IMG/VR virus record: IMGVR_UViG_3300047554_000255
Location: 47,221 to 111,220 of that record
Direction: 5' to 3' (one strand)
Length of the DNA stretch: 64,000 bases
Source: a virus
The translations under genes were made by a program, and so were the position numbers. Below, piece by piece: positions 1 through 11,079 of this stretch. The first letter of the stretch is position 1; the number at the start of each line of letters is the position of its first letter. The notes below the pieces were generated by a model that worked only from the letters and a program-made list of their open reading frames with translations, was not told the DNA's origin and ran no database searches.

Positions 1-2
1 TT

Positions 3-3000
3 CGCATTTGGACTTAATAGATTAATAAAATGTCTCTTAACATCAGCAATGATCTCAGATGTATACTTCTTTTGTCCAATAGCAAAACTATCTTTTGATA
101 TCTCTTCTTGTTCGTTAAGATACTTAACAATAAACTGAGGGAAGAAACGTGTTACGTAACGTAAGTCAGCAATCTCACCACTGTTAGAACTTAATGACAT
201 AAGTAACTTAGCTGGCGCCATTGAGGCACTATTCAAGTTAAATACGTTAAGGTTCTTATTCTTTGCGTTGTCTAATGATTCGTTAAGAGTAGCAGAAGCA
301 TTCTGAGTCTTTGATCTTGTTAATGTCTTACCCGTAGCATCGCTCTTAAATGTAGTATTACCTTCTGCAGTTAGATAGCTAAGATTTACAATCTCACCGC
401 TATCTTTCTTAATGTTAATACCAGCAGAAAAACCAACAGTCTTTTTGTCTTGATGTTCAGCAAGGAATGATAATAGCTGAGCAAAGATACCTGTACCTAG
501 TTTACCACTTCTATTATCTAAGAACGTATTAATCTGAGTATTGTAATCAAACGGTAAGAAGTTAACTGGTAATGTTGCAATACCTTCTTTATAGAATAAC
601 TCTTTCTCATCGTTGTAATCAGACAAGTCAATAGATGACGTAATCTTATCAAACGTTGTTGGGTGAGTAAGTACTGACCAGTGTATATCTTTATACATCT
701 CAAACAACTGCTCTTCTGATAAAGACTTTGGATCAAAGTTTTTAAAATCGCTAATAGACGACTCGTAAGCAACTGGCTCAATAGATTCAATCTGTGACTT
801 CTGTGCTTTTATCTTATCGTTTATAGCAGTTAACTCAGCAGCTCTTTGACTCTTGATCTTATACTTTGTTTGATTAAGCTTCTTACGCTCCGTACCATTA
901 GCTACTTCATTATAAACAGCAGATCTCTTCTCATACAAACCATCAAGAATACGTTGCTTTTGCTCACGCTCTTTCTCACCTAGATTCTTATAACCTAAAC
1001 GAGCTCTATACTTTTCAATACTTTCATTAAGCTTTGCGATCTCGAACTGTTGCTCACTATTAAGAAGCTTTGCTAAATCACCATCTACTTTTTCTAACTC
1101 TTCTTTGTACTTGTTCTTTATAGCTTCTTTCTCTTTTGTAAGCTCATCTATTAACTTAGATGCAGAATCCTTGTAAGTATACTTAGGATTAGATAGATAT
1201 GCGTATAACTTATCAACGTCAAAGTCAGAACCCATTTGTGCTGTAATACCATCAGGAACAATAATAGTGTTCTCCATATATGATGGTAAGAAACCAGCAA
1301 CTTCAATAGGAAGCATTGATGAGTGTAGCTGATTTGGAATACGTGCACCAATAAGTTGTAATAACTTTCTTGGAATACGTGTACTATCAAGAATCAATCT
1401 ACCGTTCTCATCTTTTGTAGCAAAATCTTTTATGTTTATAAGCTTTCCGTTCTCATCCTTTAAGAACTGAGACATGAATACTTGTGCTGCTTGTACTTCA
1501 CCTTTCTTTACCTTCCCACCTTTAGCTACAGTATCAGCTTCTTTTCTGATATACTGTAATCCTTTTGATGCATCATACACTTCTGTATAAACAATCTCAC
1601 TCTTTAGCTTATCAGATAACTCACCCTCTTTAATCTTTGTACCAACTGCAGATACTTGTACTAATGATGTACCAGTAAGCTTTAGCTTCACTACTTTACT
1701 AAAGATAGATGTAAGTAATCCTTCGAACTTAGAGCTGTTTGATAATAGATATACAGGTATAACTAACTTACCGTCTTTGTTTGTTGCAATAGAACGGATA
1801 TCGTTTATACTTAAGTTACGAGAAACTGCTTCTTCTTTTAATAAGTTAGCAAGACTTCTCTCACTCTTGAAAGAAACATACTCATCAGTTATTGAAACAC
1901 CTATTCTATCAAGAAGCTCTTCAGCATTGCCTTCAAATAAAGCAACACGAATCTGTTCTTTCAATCCTTTTAACTGAGCTGCAGTAAGTTTCTTACCTGC
2001 AAACATAAAGTCAAGAACATTATCAAGACCTTCGAATAACTGACGGTCCATCTGACTAACAACGTTAATCATCTCTTTTTGATGAGGAATCTCTTGTTGT
2101 GTACGAAGACCTTCTCTTGAAAGAGTCTGCACGTTAGAAGAGAACTCAGCTTCAGATGGCTCAATAAAGTTACCATTATCATCAAACACTTCTAGTGTCG
2201 ATATTGGAGCACCTGTTTTTGTTGCCGTCTTAAATGCAGCAGAACCAACGTTGTTTTTCTCCATGAATACACGAAGCTTATCCATCTCTGAATCGCGTGT
2301 GTTATCTGGAATAAGAGGATATGCTGAAGACTTAACGTAGTTAATCTCATTAAAACCATCAGTCTCAGAGTTAGAAGAGTGTACAGGCTTTGTTGGCTGT
2401 AATACAAAACCTAACTCAATATCAGATAAAGAGTAATCAAAGGTTTTCTTCTTACGAGCTTCTGCTATCTTATCAGAAATACTCTCATAAATATCTAAAG
2501 GTATTCTACCCTCAGACATCATACGATTAATATGCTCTTGTAATGTAACAAACTCCTGAGCATCCGTTGTTTCAATCTTGCTAAACTGATCGTTAGACTT
2601 AATCACGTCTTTTAACGTAATCATCTTGTATAAAGATACATCAACAATCTTTCCCTTTGTGCTTTGCCAAGTTGTGGTACCCTGAGAACCAGGAGCAATA
2701 AACATAGCAGCACGTTTTGAGAACTCATCAACTGTACTTAGTACTGTACCGTTAAGAACATCGTTTATAATATTACGTTTGCTCTGCTCTTCTGGTGTCA
2801 TCTCAGTTGATACATTGTATGACAATAACTGATTAACAGTCATTGACTCACCAAATACCTCTTTGATTTGATCAGCACTAACAAGCTTTGATTCTTTATA
2901 GAACAAAGCCATATCAGCACCTAATACTTGAGTAGTATTGATTTGAGCTCTAAGAACATTATACTTTAAATCTGCAATAGCAAAGATCGCTTTACTTGAA

Positions 3001-5405
3001 TCTTGTAGCTGTGAAAGCTGATTCATGTAAACATTATTAAAGAAAGGAAAGTAATAAGATGTCTGCACTCTATTTGTCGCTGGATCAATACTAGTTGGTC
3101 CTTTTGATATAATGTTTTTACGCAACAAGTTAGACAACTCTTTTATAACGTCATCTTTTATTGACTCACCAATAAGATCTTTTAAGTATTGAGCATCTTC
3201 TATAGATGGTTCAACTCCTTGATAGATCTTTGTTCTGATCATGTTAAGCTTTGCATCAGAACGATTGTTTAATACTGGGAATAAAAAGAACATCTTACTA
3301 GCTGTTTCAAAGTTAGCAATGTTCAGCTTTTCTTTCTTAGTATAGTTAGCATACGCAATCATACGATCTATCTCAGCTTTTGCTAGATCATATAACTTAT
3401 TCTTGAATGCGTCTTTAAACTGGAATGAATCTCTAACGGTTGGCTTAGTCTTGAAGAAAGCAAAATCAGTTGATGGATCAAGACTATCTTTTGTTATCTG
3501 TATTACCGGAGCAGTTGTCTTATCCGATAAAGTAAACATATTATAGTAACCAGTCTTAGCAAAGTTATTCTGATGCTTTAAATATGTATCAAGAATCAAC
3601 TCTCTTGGCGATTGGTTCTTCTTAACCTTACCAATCTCTCCTTTCTTATCTTCTTTTATACTATCTGAATACGATATTGCATAAACAAATGATTCGTTAT
3701 CAGTCTTCTCGTCTTCAAGCAAACGTCTAACTACTTCTGAACTTTTACTATAAGCTCTTTTACTTAATACCTCTAAGAAACTCTTTGTCTTTAGCTTCTT
3801 CTTTACTGTTTCTAAGTAAGAAGGTTGTACATAAGCATAGATGTTTTTGTTCTCACCATTCTGATAGCTACCAGTTTGATAGATATCTGAGTGTAGATCA
3901 TAGTAAAGACTTGCAAGTATATTAAATACACGCTCGTGAACAATAGGGTTGTTCTTGTCTTCGTAGTTTGCTGACTCAGTTGTTGTATCAATATCAGCTG
4001 TTAACGTATTAAGAATATTATCAACAACATTACCTGTTGCAAGTAAATCAGAGAAGCTCTTTGCTTTAAAGGTTTTGAACTTGTTTGCTTTTAATGCTGC
4101 TCCAACATGTTTCATGTAAGCATCATCAACAGGAATATTCATTGAAGTAAGTAACTCTTTAAAGAACTCTTGTTTCTTTGTTAAGTTATTACCAGATCTA
4201 ATCTCTAAGTACTTCTCTTTCAATGACTTAGCTAACTCAGTGTTTATAACTAAGTTGCCAAACTTATTCTTGTTAACAAGCTTTGATACTTTTTGTAACT
4301 CTAACCAATCGTTTTTTATTTGTCTAACAACACTATTACGATTAGAGCTAATAACCTTAACACTTACACCACCTTCTTTAACTTTCTCCCAAAGCAACAT
4401 AGTATGATCTGTGTATGCTTTGTTTATTACAGTAAGTACTTCGTTTAGTAACTGAACATTCTTTGATGCTTGTAACTCACCTAACTTCTTGTGAACGTTT
4501 AATAGGTATGGCTTAACTTGAGCTTTCTCTAAAATAGCTTCTTGTAAAGACTCATAAGTAACATGTTGTAATCCTGCACCTAATACAAGTAAGTCTTCAA
4601 ATACTTGATCGTAAGGCACGAAATCAGCAAGACCTAATAGATTAGCCTTGTCACTCTTAATACTTGAAAATAACAGCTTTACACGAGTCGTAGCTGTATC
4701 CTTTGGGTTCATCTGGAATGAACGTGAATCAGAAAAGCTTTCATTTACAGAAGGGTCTTCAACATCAACATCGTCTTCACCAAATAACTCACCTGCATCA
4801 GCAAGTAAGCTCTCATAATATTCGTTTGTTAAACCAAAGTCTTGGATCTCGTTTTCAGATGTAACCTTTAGTCCTAAACGATTAAGCTTAATGATAACTT
4901 GCTCTGTGAACTTATCGAAGTTCTCATCATCAGTAACGTTATCTAGCAACTCTCCAAGATAAGAGAATTCCTTGTAGTTAAGAATACCAAGCTCAGGTAT
5001 CTTAGAAAGCATATCTTCTGTTGCTGATTCTTTTAAAGCATTATATGCTTCTTCTGAAGTAGCAATATTCTCAGTAAAGTACTTAACCTTTAAAGCTGTG
5101 TTCTTTAACTTACTCTTTATATCAGCAAATAAAACACGAGATGATTTCTCATACGTACCACCTGGCTTTAACAAACCAAGCTCATCAACGAACTGTGAAA
5201 AGATCGCGTTCGTTATTGACTGCTCTTGTACAAGATTAAATAAGTTGATGTTAACAAAGCGATCTTCAACAGCTTGTTTTACAAGATCTAATAATTGTTC
5301 ATCAGACAAACCTTCATTACCTGGTAGAGTAGCAGCACTCTTTAGAATCTGCTTAACCTCTACTTCTGAAAACTCTGATCCGCTAATGTTATATAAACAT
5401 GCCAT
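3..5405 (-). CDS. Giant virion-packaged DNA-dependent RNA polymerase (crAss-type), 5' part; ORF runs off the left end of the window
   Basis: Not in the ORF track, consistent with no stop inside the window; I spot-checked the frame only. ATG at 5405 lies just after the TAA of the 1889-aa gene and reads MACLYNISGSEFSEVEVK. In the same frame, QMGSDFDVDK (DFDVD at 1212-1226) is preceded by IGARIPNQLHSSM. These match the DxDxD catalytic loop and RIPxQ motif of crAss-like virion RNAPs such as phi14:2 gp66. Confidence 0.9.
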   Translation of the reverse strand, partial: MACLYNISGSEFSEVEVKQILKSAATLPGNEGLSDEQLLDLVKQAVEDRFVNINLFNLVQEQSITNAIFSQFVDELGLLKPGGTYEKSSRVLFADIKSKLKNTALKVKYFTENIATSEEAYNALKESATEDMLSKIPELGILNYKEFSYLGELLDNVTDDENFDKFTEQVIIKLNRLGLKVTSENEIQDFGLTNEYYESLLADAGELFGEDDVDVEDPSVNESFSDSRSFQMNPKDTATTRVKLLFSSIKSDKANLLGLADFVPYDQVFEDLLVLGAGLQHVTYESLQEAILEKAQVKPYLLNVHKKLGELQASKNVQLLNEVLTVINKAYTDHTMLLWEKVKEGGVSVKVISSNRNSVVRQIKNDWLELQKVSKLVNKNKFGNLVINTELAKSLKEKYLEIRSGNNLTKKQEFFKELLTSMNIPVDDAYMKHVGAALKANKFKTFKAKSFSDLLATGNVVDNILNTLTADIDTTTESANYEDKNNPIVHERVFNILASLYYDLHSDIYQTGSYQNGENKNIYAYVQPSYLETVKKKLKTKSFLEVLSKRAYSKSSEVVRRLLEDEKTDNESFVYAISYSDSIKEDKKGEIGKVKKNQSPRELILDTYLKHQNNFAKTGYYNMFTLSDKTTAPVIQITKDSLDPSTDFAFFKTKPTVRDSFQFKDAFKNKLYDLAKAEIDRMIAYANYTKKEKLNIANFETASKMFFLFPVLNNRSDAKLNMIRTKIYQGVEPSIEDAQYLKDLIGESIKDDVIKELSNLLRKNIISKGPTSIDPATNRVQTSYYFPFFNNVYMNQLSQLQDSSKAIFAIADLKYNVLRAQINTTQVLGADMALFYKESKLVSADQIKEVFGESMTVNQLLSYNVSTEMTPEEQSKRNIINDVLNGTVLSTVDEFSKRAAMFIAPGSQGTTTWQSTKGKIVDVSLYKMITLKDVIKSNDQFSKIETTDAQEFVTLQEHINRMMSEGRIPLDIYESISDKIAEARKKKTFDYSLSDIELGFVLQPTKPVHSSNSETDGFNEINYVKSSAYPLIPDNTRDSEMDKLRVFMEKNNVGSAAFKTATKTGAPISTLEVFDDNGNFIEPSEAEFSSNVQTLSREGLRTQQEIPHQKEMINVVSQMDRQLFEGLDNVLDFMFAGKKLTAAQLKGLKEQIRVALFEGNAEELLDRIGVSITDEYVSFKSERSLANLLKEEAVSRNLSINDIRSIATNKDGKLVIPVYLLSNSSKFEGLLTSIFSKVVKLKLTGTSLVQVSAVGTKIKEGELSDKLKSEIVYTEVYDASKGLQYIRKEADTVAKGGKVKKGEVQAAQVFMSQFLKDENGKLINIKDFATKDENGRLILDSTRIPRKLLQLIGARIPNQLHSSMLPIEVAGFLPSYMENTIIVPDGITAQMGSDFDVDKLYAYLSNPKYTYKDSASKLIDELTKEKEAIKNKYKEELEKVDGDLAKLLNSEQQFEIAKLNESIEKYRARLGYKNLGEKEREQKQRILDGLYEKRSAVYNEVANGTERKKLNQTKYKIKSQRAAELTAINDKIKAQKSQIESIEPVAYESSISDFKNFDPKSLSEEQLFEMYKDIHWSVLTHPTTFDKITSSIDLSDYNDEKELFYKEGIATLPVNFLPFDYNTQINTFLDNRSGKLGTGIFAQLLSFLAEHQDKKTVGFSAGINIKKDSGEIVNLSYLTAEGNTTFKSDATGKTLTRSKTQNASATLNESLDNAKNKNLNVFNLNSASMAPAKLLMSLSSNSGEIADLRYVTRFFPQFIVKYLNEQEEISKDSFAIGQKKYTSEIIADVKRHFINLLSPNA

Positions 5406-5406
5406 A

Positions 5407-8400
5407 TTAGTTACACTTCTTGTTAAGTTTATTCTCGTTCTCTAGTTTCTTAGTAGTAGTTGCTATTGACTTCAACTCATCATCGTTACCTTTGATTAGA
5501 TCTTTGTTAACTGTTTGGTTAGTACCAAACTGTTGTCCAAAGTCCATATCCATGAACTTAGCCAATGCTTCTTCTTGAGATAAAGGTGCTTGTGATTTAG
5601 ATGTATCCGTTACATTAATATACGCAGAATCATTGACTTTAGCCTCCTCTTCAGCAATTAACATAGTGTATCTTGCATCAATCTCTTTTGCTTTTTCTTC
5701 GTAGTATTTTACTTGCTCAGGTAATGCATTAATTGCTTCTTCTGCAGTATCATACTCATCAATAGTAGAACCATCTGTATCATCAATAATCTCATTACCA
5801 TTAAGAACTGGTTTACGAACCAACTCTAGTTCTTTTGCTTGCTTTTCTTTTAACTTACTAATAGCATCAGATGTAGATAAAGTAGGAGCTATAGGAGCAG
5901 GAGCTTTTGGTGCAACTTCAGGTTTAGTACCTGATGATGGAGTCTCTGAATCTATATTACCAAATACAACAACAGGGTTAGAGAAGTGTACTAACTCATC
6001 AGCATCTGTATTAGCTTCATCGTAAGGACGTCCTTCTTCTAATGTAGTCTCAAGTGTTTGTAACATATATTCGTTATACGTCATAGGCTGTGATTGCTCT
6101 AAAGCACCAGTATCAGGATTGATAGTAAGATCAGTCATTAACTTATCATTACCAATACCTGCTGATTGCTCAGTACCAAAGCGTATACTGTATCTTAAGT
6201 TTGCTGCAATATCGTAAAACTTATTGATTTTTTCTTCTGATATCTCATCTAAGTTTCCGATAATAAGACTATCTTTCTTCTTATCACCTGTGTTTACTTG
6301 CCATATTGATAAGTATCCTTTTGGTGTAATGTTAAAGTGAACCTTACCTTGACTTATTGGATTGTATGCTTTTGAGCTAGTATGAGTAATATAATCATTA
6401 ACATACTTGCTTAAACGTGCAAAGTCAGCAGTCTCTCCGTCAATAAACTCAATACCATAAGCTTTGTACACAGCTTGGATAATAGCAAGATCACTATCTT
6501 TACCATTCTTTCCTGCTGCTACATCAACGTTATAGTTATGAAACGCTCTCCATGAACCAAGAATAAAATCAATATGTCCGTCTTTTAATACAGGAACTGT
6601 AACAAGAGAAGCAAGACGCTTACCTGTTGGAGTTGGTATTATAGCAACTGGCCATCCATTAGCTTTACCGTCAGTAATAATGTTTGGTACATAAAGATTA
6701 CTCTCAGAGTACTTATCAGTAACATGTACTTTACCTTGCTTGATAATAGCAACTTGAGTATTCTTACTTAAAGCTTGCTTCAATGGTTTCTTTGAACCGT
6801 CAGTTCTTAGTACACCAACTGACTTTGCTATTACAGTACTTGTAAATACAGTTGCTTTATCTTTATTAAAGCCGTTGAACAATGCTTTTCTATGATCAAG
6901 AATAGCTTGACGTTGAATAGCAAGGTTATCAATAACGGTACCGTCAGGTGTAACAATACGTTCTTTTGTGTGAGCTAATACTCCTGAGTCAGAATATCTA
7001 GCTGTAACAAACTTAACTGTTGGTAAGTATCCAAGCTTTATCTTTTTACCATTATGCATAGTATAGATAGCAACTGGGAAGTCATCAATAGCTTCTTGTT
7101 TTATTTTACCGTCAGCATCAAAGAAGTCTTCTTTCTTACGCTTTGTGATACCAGTTTGTTGAACGTAATCATAATCATCAAAGTCAGCAATGTTAGAATC
7201 AATCTCAAACATTAAAGGAGTACCTTCTTGTATACGAGATGTTCCTAAGATTAATGGATAAGACTCATTACCGTCAGTACGCTTTAATCTACGTACACCT
7301 TTTTTATCTGTATATACTACAAAGTTATCAGATGCATTGTTAATCTTTGATCCAGAGTTGATTGGAGTTCTTGAATCTTCCTCAACAGATGTATCAGGAT
7401 TTGTACCATCAACATAATCAATATCAACATTATCCGTAGTATACTCAAGAGCATCAAGATCAACATCTTCTTCTTGAGCTTCTTTTGCTTTCTGTACTTC
7501 TTTCTTCTGAGCTTCAGTAACCGTAGCTACTGGAGTGACCATTGTTTTTGCTTTTGGATTAGAAGATACAGTAATAGCATTGTTTGTAAGGAAATCAGCT
7601 AACTGCTTATCTGTAAGCTCATACTCTGATTCATTACCATGTTGTACCCAAACTCTATCTTTACCAACAGAAACAATTTTGACTACTATCTCTGAACCAT
7701 CAGTTGGTACTATATAATTACCAAGAACAAACTTAACTCCGTTTACTTCAAGACTATTGTTAGGATTAGCTTCATATTCTTCTTGCTCAGGATCAAGTTG
7801 TTCTTCATCAACAACTACTGGAGTCTCAGTTGGAGCTTCAGCAACTACTGGAGGTTGTTCAACTTGAACAGCTTCTTCTGGAGTTACTGGTACTGGTTGA
7901 TCTTCAGTTGATACTTCTAGTGTTGGTTCAACCTCTGTAGGCTCTGCTACTTCAGTTGGAATATTATTAGATGACTTAGCACCTGTATAAGTAAACTCAA
8001 CATCAGTGTAGTTCTCTTTTGAAGGATGAGCAATATTAAACGCTATATCTTTATTATTAACACCGTAGTTTAAAAGAATCTCTCTACCTTTTGTGCTAAA
8101 TCCAACAAAAGCAGCAGGGTTCATAACCCCCATACCCTCTTCAGATATCTCTAGTTGTGACTTAATTACTTGGATATAACCTTCTTTTAAATCTGCAAGA
8201 AGAGCTTCAACATTTATAGTTCCTCCTTCTGGTGCATTTGCTGCATCTTCAACATCTTCTGTTAAGTCAGATGTATCAGCATCAGTAACGTTCTCTCCAT
8301 CTTCTGGTGCTACAGCTCCTGTAAGAGCATCTGTAAATGATTTAGTAGCCTCATCCTTTGCTTCTTTTGCTAACTGCTCTTGTACTACTTTCTTTGCAGC

Positions 8401-11076
8401 CTTCATACGATTAGCTAAAGCAACAATACTTGTTGGATCTGCTAGGAAGTTATAAGCATTAAGATGTTCTTCAGAGTCATTGTTTAACTGGATGTACTCT
8501 AATAGATCTTCGTAAGTCTCATCAATATCTGTATTAGATAAAAGAGCAGTGTTTAAACCAGCTTCTTCAGTCTTATAGTTAATGAATCTCTTGTAAGCAT
8601 CTTTTGCATAACGTTGCTCACGCTTAGACATGTTAGTCTCATCGCGATTAGATAACTTCTCCCATGAGTCTAACCACTTTGCAATAGCTTGTAGTTGACG
8701 CTCTTTATACTTAAGAGTTTGTGCCTCTTCAGGAGTACGCTTCTTTACTTGTTTAAGGTTGTCTATCTCCTTTATAAGAAGATCCATCTCACCAAGCATC
8801 TTAGCTTGAGAACCTAATACTTTATATGCAGCAGAAGCGGCTCCTCCAAGGTTAGGATTAGCAGCAGCTCTTGTGTATAAGTTATTTGCTCTTTCAATAG
8901 CAGACTTTGCTTTGAATGAGTTTGTTGCAAGCATCTCAATATAATCATCAAGAACACTCTTTAACATCTGAGCATCTTTCTGACCTTGACTACCTTCAGC
9001 GTATAAATCTGGTTGGATTAAATCGCCATACTTTTCGTTTAACGTTTCCCATGTTTTGTTAAACGTTTCAACATCATCAGCAATCTTGTTAAAGTATTCC
9101 TTAACAGACTTAGCACTATCAACTGTTGGATCTAAGCCGTATGCTTCTTTTGCATCCTCAACACTAAATGATTCTCCTTGACCTCTAATAGTATCAATCA
9201 AAGCAGAAACCATACCTGCTTTCTTTGCAGCTGAAACAGCTTTTGCAAATGCAGTATCTCTTGAGTTGTAGTAAGTATACTTATCTTTATTACCAACAGC
9301 TTCCTGCATTGTAGCAGCAGCCTTATTTTGAACCTTAAAGTTTGCTATCTCATCTTTTAATACAGCATAAGGATTCTTGTAGAACTCGTTTATCGCAGCA
9401 ACAGTAGCAGCCTTATCTTTCTTTATCTCTTCTCTCTGCTTATCAGTGGTCATCATACGTTCTTGTACTTTGCCCATTGTAAAGTTGATTGGAGATAATA
9501 ATCGACCAGTAACAGCACCCATCAAGAATGTCTTCATTCCTTGAGTATCTGCTAATGGATTCTGAACACTACTCATGATAGCATCAGTCTTACCAGAGTA
9601 TCCTTTCTTACCATGATATAAGTCATAGTAATAATCCTGAAGACCCTTGTTAGAACCTTCTTGGAATAACTCTTGTAAACCTTCTGATGTCTCCCACTTG
9701 AATAAGTTCTTTCCAAGAAACTTACTTACTTGCCATGCTGCTTCCTTTTTACCAAAGTCAGTAGCAATCTCTTTTGCTGCACCAAGAGCTCCTAATGAAC
9801 CAACTTGATATACTTTAGTCAGTTCTTTATCAGCAACCTTACCTGATACCTTTAATACGTCATCAGCATATTGTCCAACATTCTTGAATAATCTACGCTC
9901 AGCATTAAAGTGACCAAGCATGTTATCAAACTGGAATCTATTAAGAGCAAATAGCATACCAAAGTTAACGTTGAAGTTATCTGAGGATGCATCTTTTGAT
10001 ACTCTATCAATACGCTCTAAATCTTCACCAACTGGTAACTCACCTGTTCTTTCAAGATGCTGTTCTGTTAAACGATCTTTAAGTTCTTTGTATGTACCAG
10101 CTGCTTCAAAAATGGCTTCTGAGCGAGCCATGTTAGCTTCACTTAACGTTCTTCTAAACCCACCAAAGGTTAACGCTGCAATCTGAGCAGCACCTGCACC
10201 ATTCTTACCAGCAACAACTGCTTTCTCAATAGCGTTTGTAGTAGATCCAATAGGATTAAACTTCTGGAAACCTTTCCATATAGTCTTTGCTAATCCTTCT
10301 TGTTTATAAATATCTCCAAGTGATTTGTTTAATCTTGCAAACTCTTCAACGTCTTGAAGCTTATCAACCCCTTTCATGAATCGCATTCCAAGCTTTGTAG
10401 CTGAGAATAAACTAGATGCACCAAAGGTTAATAACTCTTCTGATAAAGCTTGAGCAATCGCACCAACTGCAAAACCTGAGTTCTGAACAAGATCACCAAA
10501 GAATTGCTTGTTAAACACAGACTTCTCTGAATCAGCACTTCTAAAGATAGCGTACTTATTCATTACATCTTCTTGCATCTTTGCCATCTGATACATCTCT
10601 GTTTCATCTGGTTGTAGCTTTGATGCATCAAAAGAAGTCATTGCATCAGCAAGTCTTCCCCAACCTTTCCATCCTTCAAGGAATGTATTAGAAGCTAGAC
10701 GACCTGCACCTGCAAAAGCATTACCCATTGTATCACCCCAAGTTTGTCTTGACGCATACAACTCTTCATTATTTCTTCTAGGATCAAAACCGAGCTCAGC
10801 AGAGTATGATGAGTTAGTATATCTATCTAACTGTGTCTGCTCAGGATTAAAGTTTATTGGCTGCATTTGAGTGGACAAAGAAGGTCCACCTGCCAATGCT
10901 CCTGATAAAAAAGAAGCCGTAGGATCAGCAGTAGATGAGCTAACTAGTTGTTGTGCTTGTTCTTGACCACGTTGCTCAAAAGGATCGATAAAATCTAACA
11001 GCTTTGGCTCTAAGTCTGGTGTTTTAATATCAGGACCTCCAAGGCTATTATTGAGCGAGTTTAATATAGACTCCAT
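5407..11076 (-). CDS. Large virion cargo/ejection protein (1889 aa)
   Basis: Long ORF directly upstream of the RNAP. The N-terminal half is Ala/Gly-rich and helical with hydrophobic segments, followed by an acidic Pro/Glu linker. Position matches crAss-like giant cargo genes. Confidence 0.65.
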   Translation of the reverse strand: MESILNSLNNSLGGPDIKTPDLEPKLLDFIDPFEQRGQEQAQQLVSSSTADPTASFLSGALAGGPSLSTQMQPINFNPEQTQLDRYTNSSYSAELGFDPRRNNEELYASRQTWGDTMGNAFAGAGRLASNTFLEGWKGWGRLADAMTSFDASKLQPDETEMYQMAKMQEDVMNKYAIFRSADSEKSVFNKQFFGDLVQNSGFAVGAIAQALSEELLTFGASSLFSATKLGMRFMKGVDKLQDVEEFARLNKSLGDIYKQEGLAKTIWKGFQKFNPIGSTTNAIEKAVVAGKNGAGAAQIAALTFGGFRRTLSEANMARSEAIFEAAGTYKELKDRLTEQHLERTGELPVGEDLERIDRVSKDASSDNFNVNFGMLFALNRFQFDNMLGHFNAERRLFKNVGQYADDVLKVSGKVADKELTKVYQVGSLGALGAAKEIATDFGKKEAAWQVSKFLGKNLFKWETSEGLQELFQEGSNKGLQDYYYDLYHGKKGYSGKTDAIMSSVQNPLADTQGMKTFLMGAVTGRLLSPINFTMGKVQERMMTTDKQREEIKKDKAATVAAINEFYKNPYAVLKDEIANFKVQNKAAATMQEAVGNKDKYTYYNSRDTAFAKAVSAAKKAGMVSALIDTIRGQGESFSVEDAKEAYGLDPTVDSAKSVKEYFNKIADDVETFNKTWETLNEKYGDLIQPDLYAEGSQGQKDAQMLKSVLDDYIEMLATNSFKAKSAIERANNLYTRAAANPNLGGAASAAYKVLGSQAKMLGEMDLLIKEIDNLKQVKKRTPEEAQTLKYKERQLQAIAKWLDSWEKLSNRDETNMSKREQRYAKDAYKRFINYKTEEAGLNTALLSNTDIDETYEDLLEYIQLNNDSEEHLNAYNFLADPTSIVALANRMKAAKKVVQEQLAKEAKDEATKSFTDALTGAVAPEDGENVTDADTSDLTEDVEDAANAPEGGTINVEALLADLKEGYIQVIKSQLEISEEGMGVMNPAAFVGFSTKGREILLNYGVNNKDIAFNIAHPSKENYTDVEFTYTGAKSSNNIPTEVAEPTEVEPTLEVSTEDQPVPVTPEEAVQVEQPPVVAEAPTETPVVVDEEQLDPEQEEYEANPNNSLEVNGVKFVLGNYIVPTDGSEIVVKIVSVGKDRVWVQHGNESEYELTDKQLADFLTNNAITVSSNPKAKTMVTPVATVTEAQKKEVQKAKEAQEEDVDLDALEYTTDNVDIDYVDGTNPDTSVEEDSRTPINSGSKINNASDNFVVYTDKKGVRRLKRTDGNESYPLILGTSRIQEGTPLMFEIDSNIADFDDYDYVQQTGITKRKKEDFFDADGKIKQEAIDDFPVAIYTMHNGKKIKLGYLPTVKFVTARYSDSGVLAHTKERIVTPDGTVIDNLAIQRQAILDHRKALFNGFNKDKATVFTSTVIAKSVGVLRTDGSKKPLKQALSKNTQVAIIKQGKVHVTDKYSESNLYVPNIITDGKANGWPVAIIPTPTGKRLASLVTVPVLKDGHIDFILGSWRAFHNYNVDVAAGKNGKDSDLAIIQAVYKAYGIEFIDGETADFARLSKYVNDYITHTSSKAYNPISQGKVHFNITPKGYLSIWQVNTGDKKKDSLIIGNLDEISEEKINKFYDIAANLRYSIRFGTEQSAGIGNDKLMTDLTINPDTGALEQSQPMTYNEYMLQTLETTLEEGRPYDEANTDADELVHFSNPVVVFGNIDSETPSSGTKPEVAPKAPAPIAPTLSTSDAISKLKEKQAKELELVRKPVLNGNEIIDDTDGSTIDEYDTAEEAINALPEQVKYYEEKAKEIDARYTMLIAEEEAKVNDSAYINVTDTSKSQAPLSQEEALAKFMDMDFGQQFGTNQTVNKDLIKGNDDELKSIATTTKKLENENKLNKKCN

Positions 11077-11079
11077 CTA

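Noticed and set aside
518-5445. Short track ORFs at 518-790, 1151-1390, 1777-1977, 2192-2407 and 5098-5445
   Set aside because: They are shadow ORFs overlapping the RNA polymerase frame.
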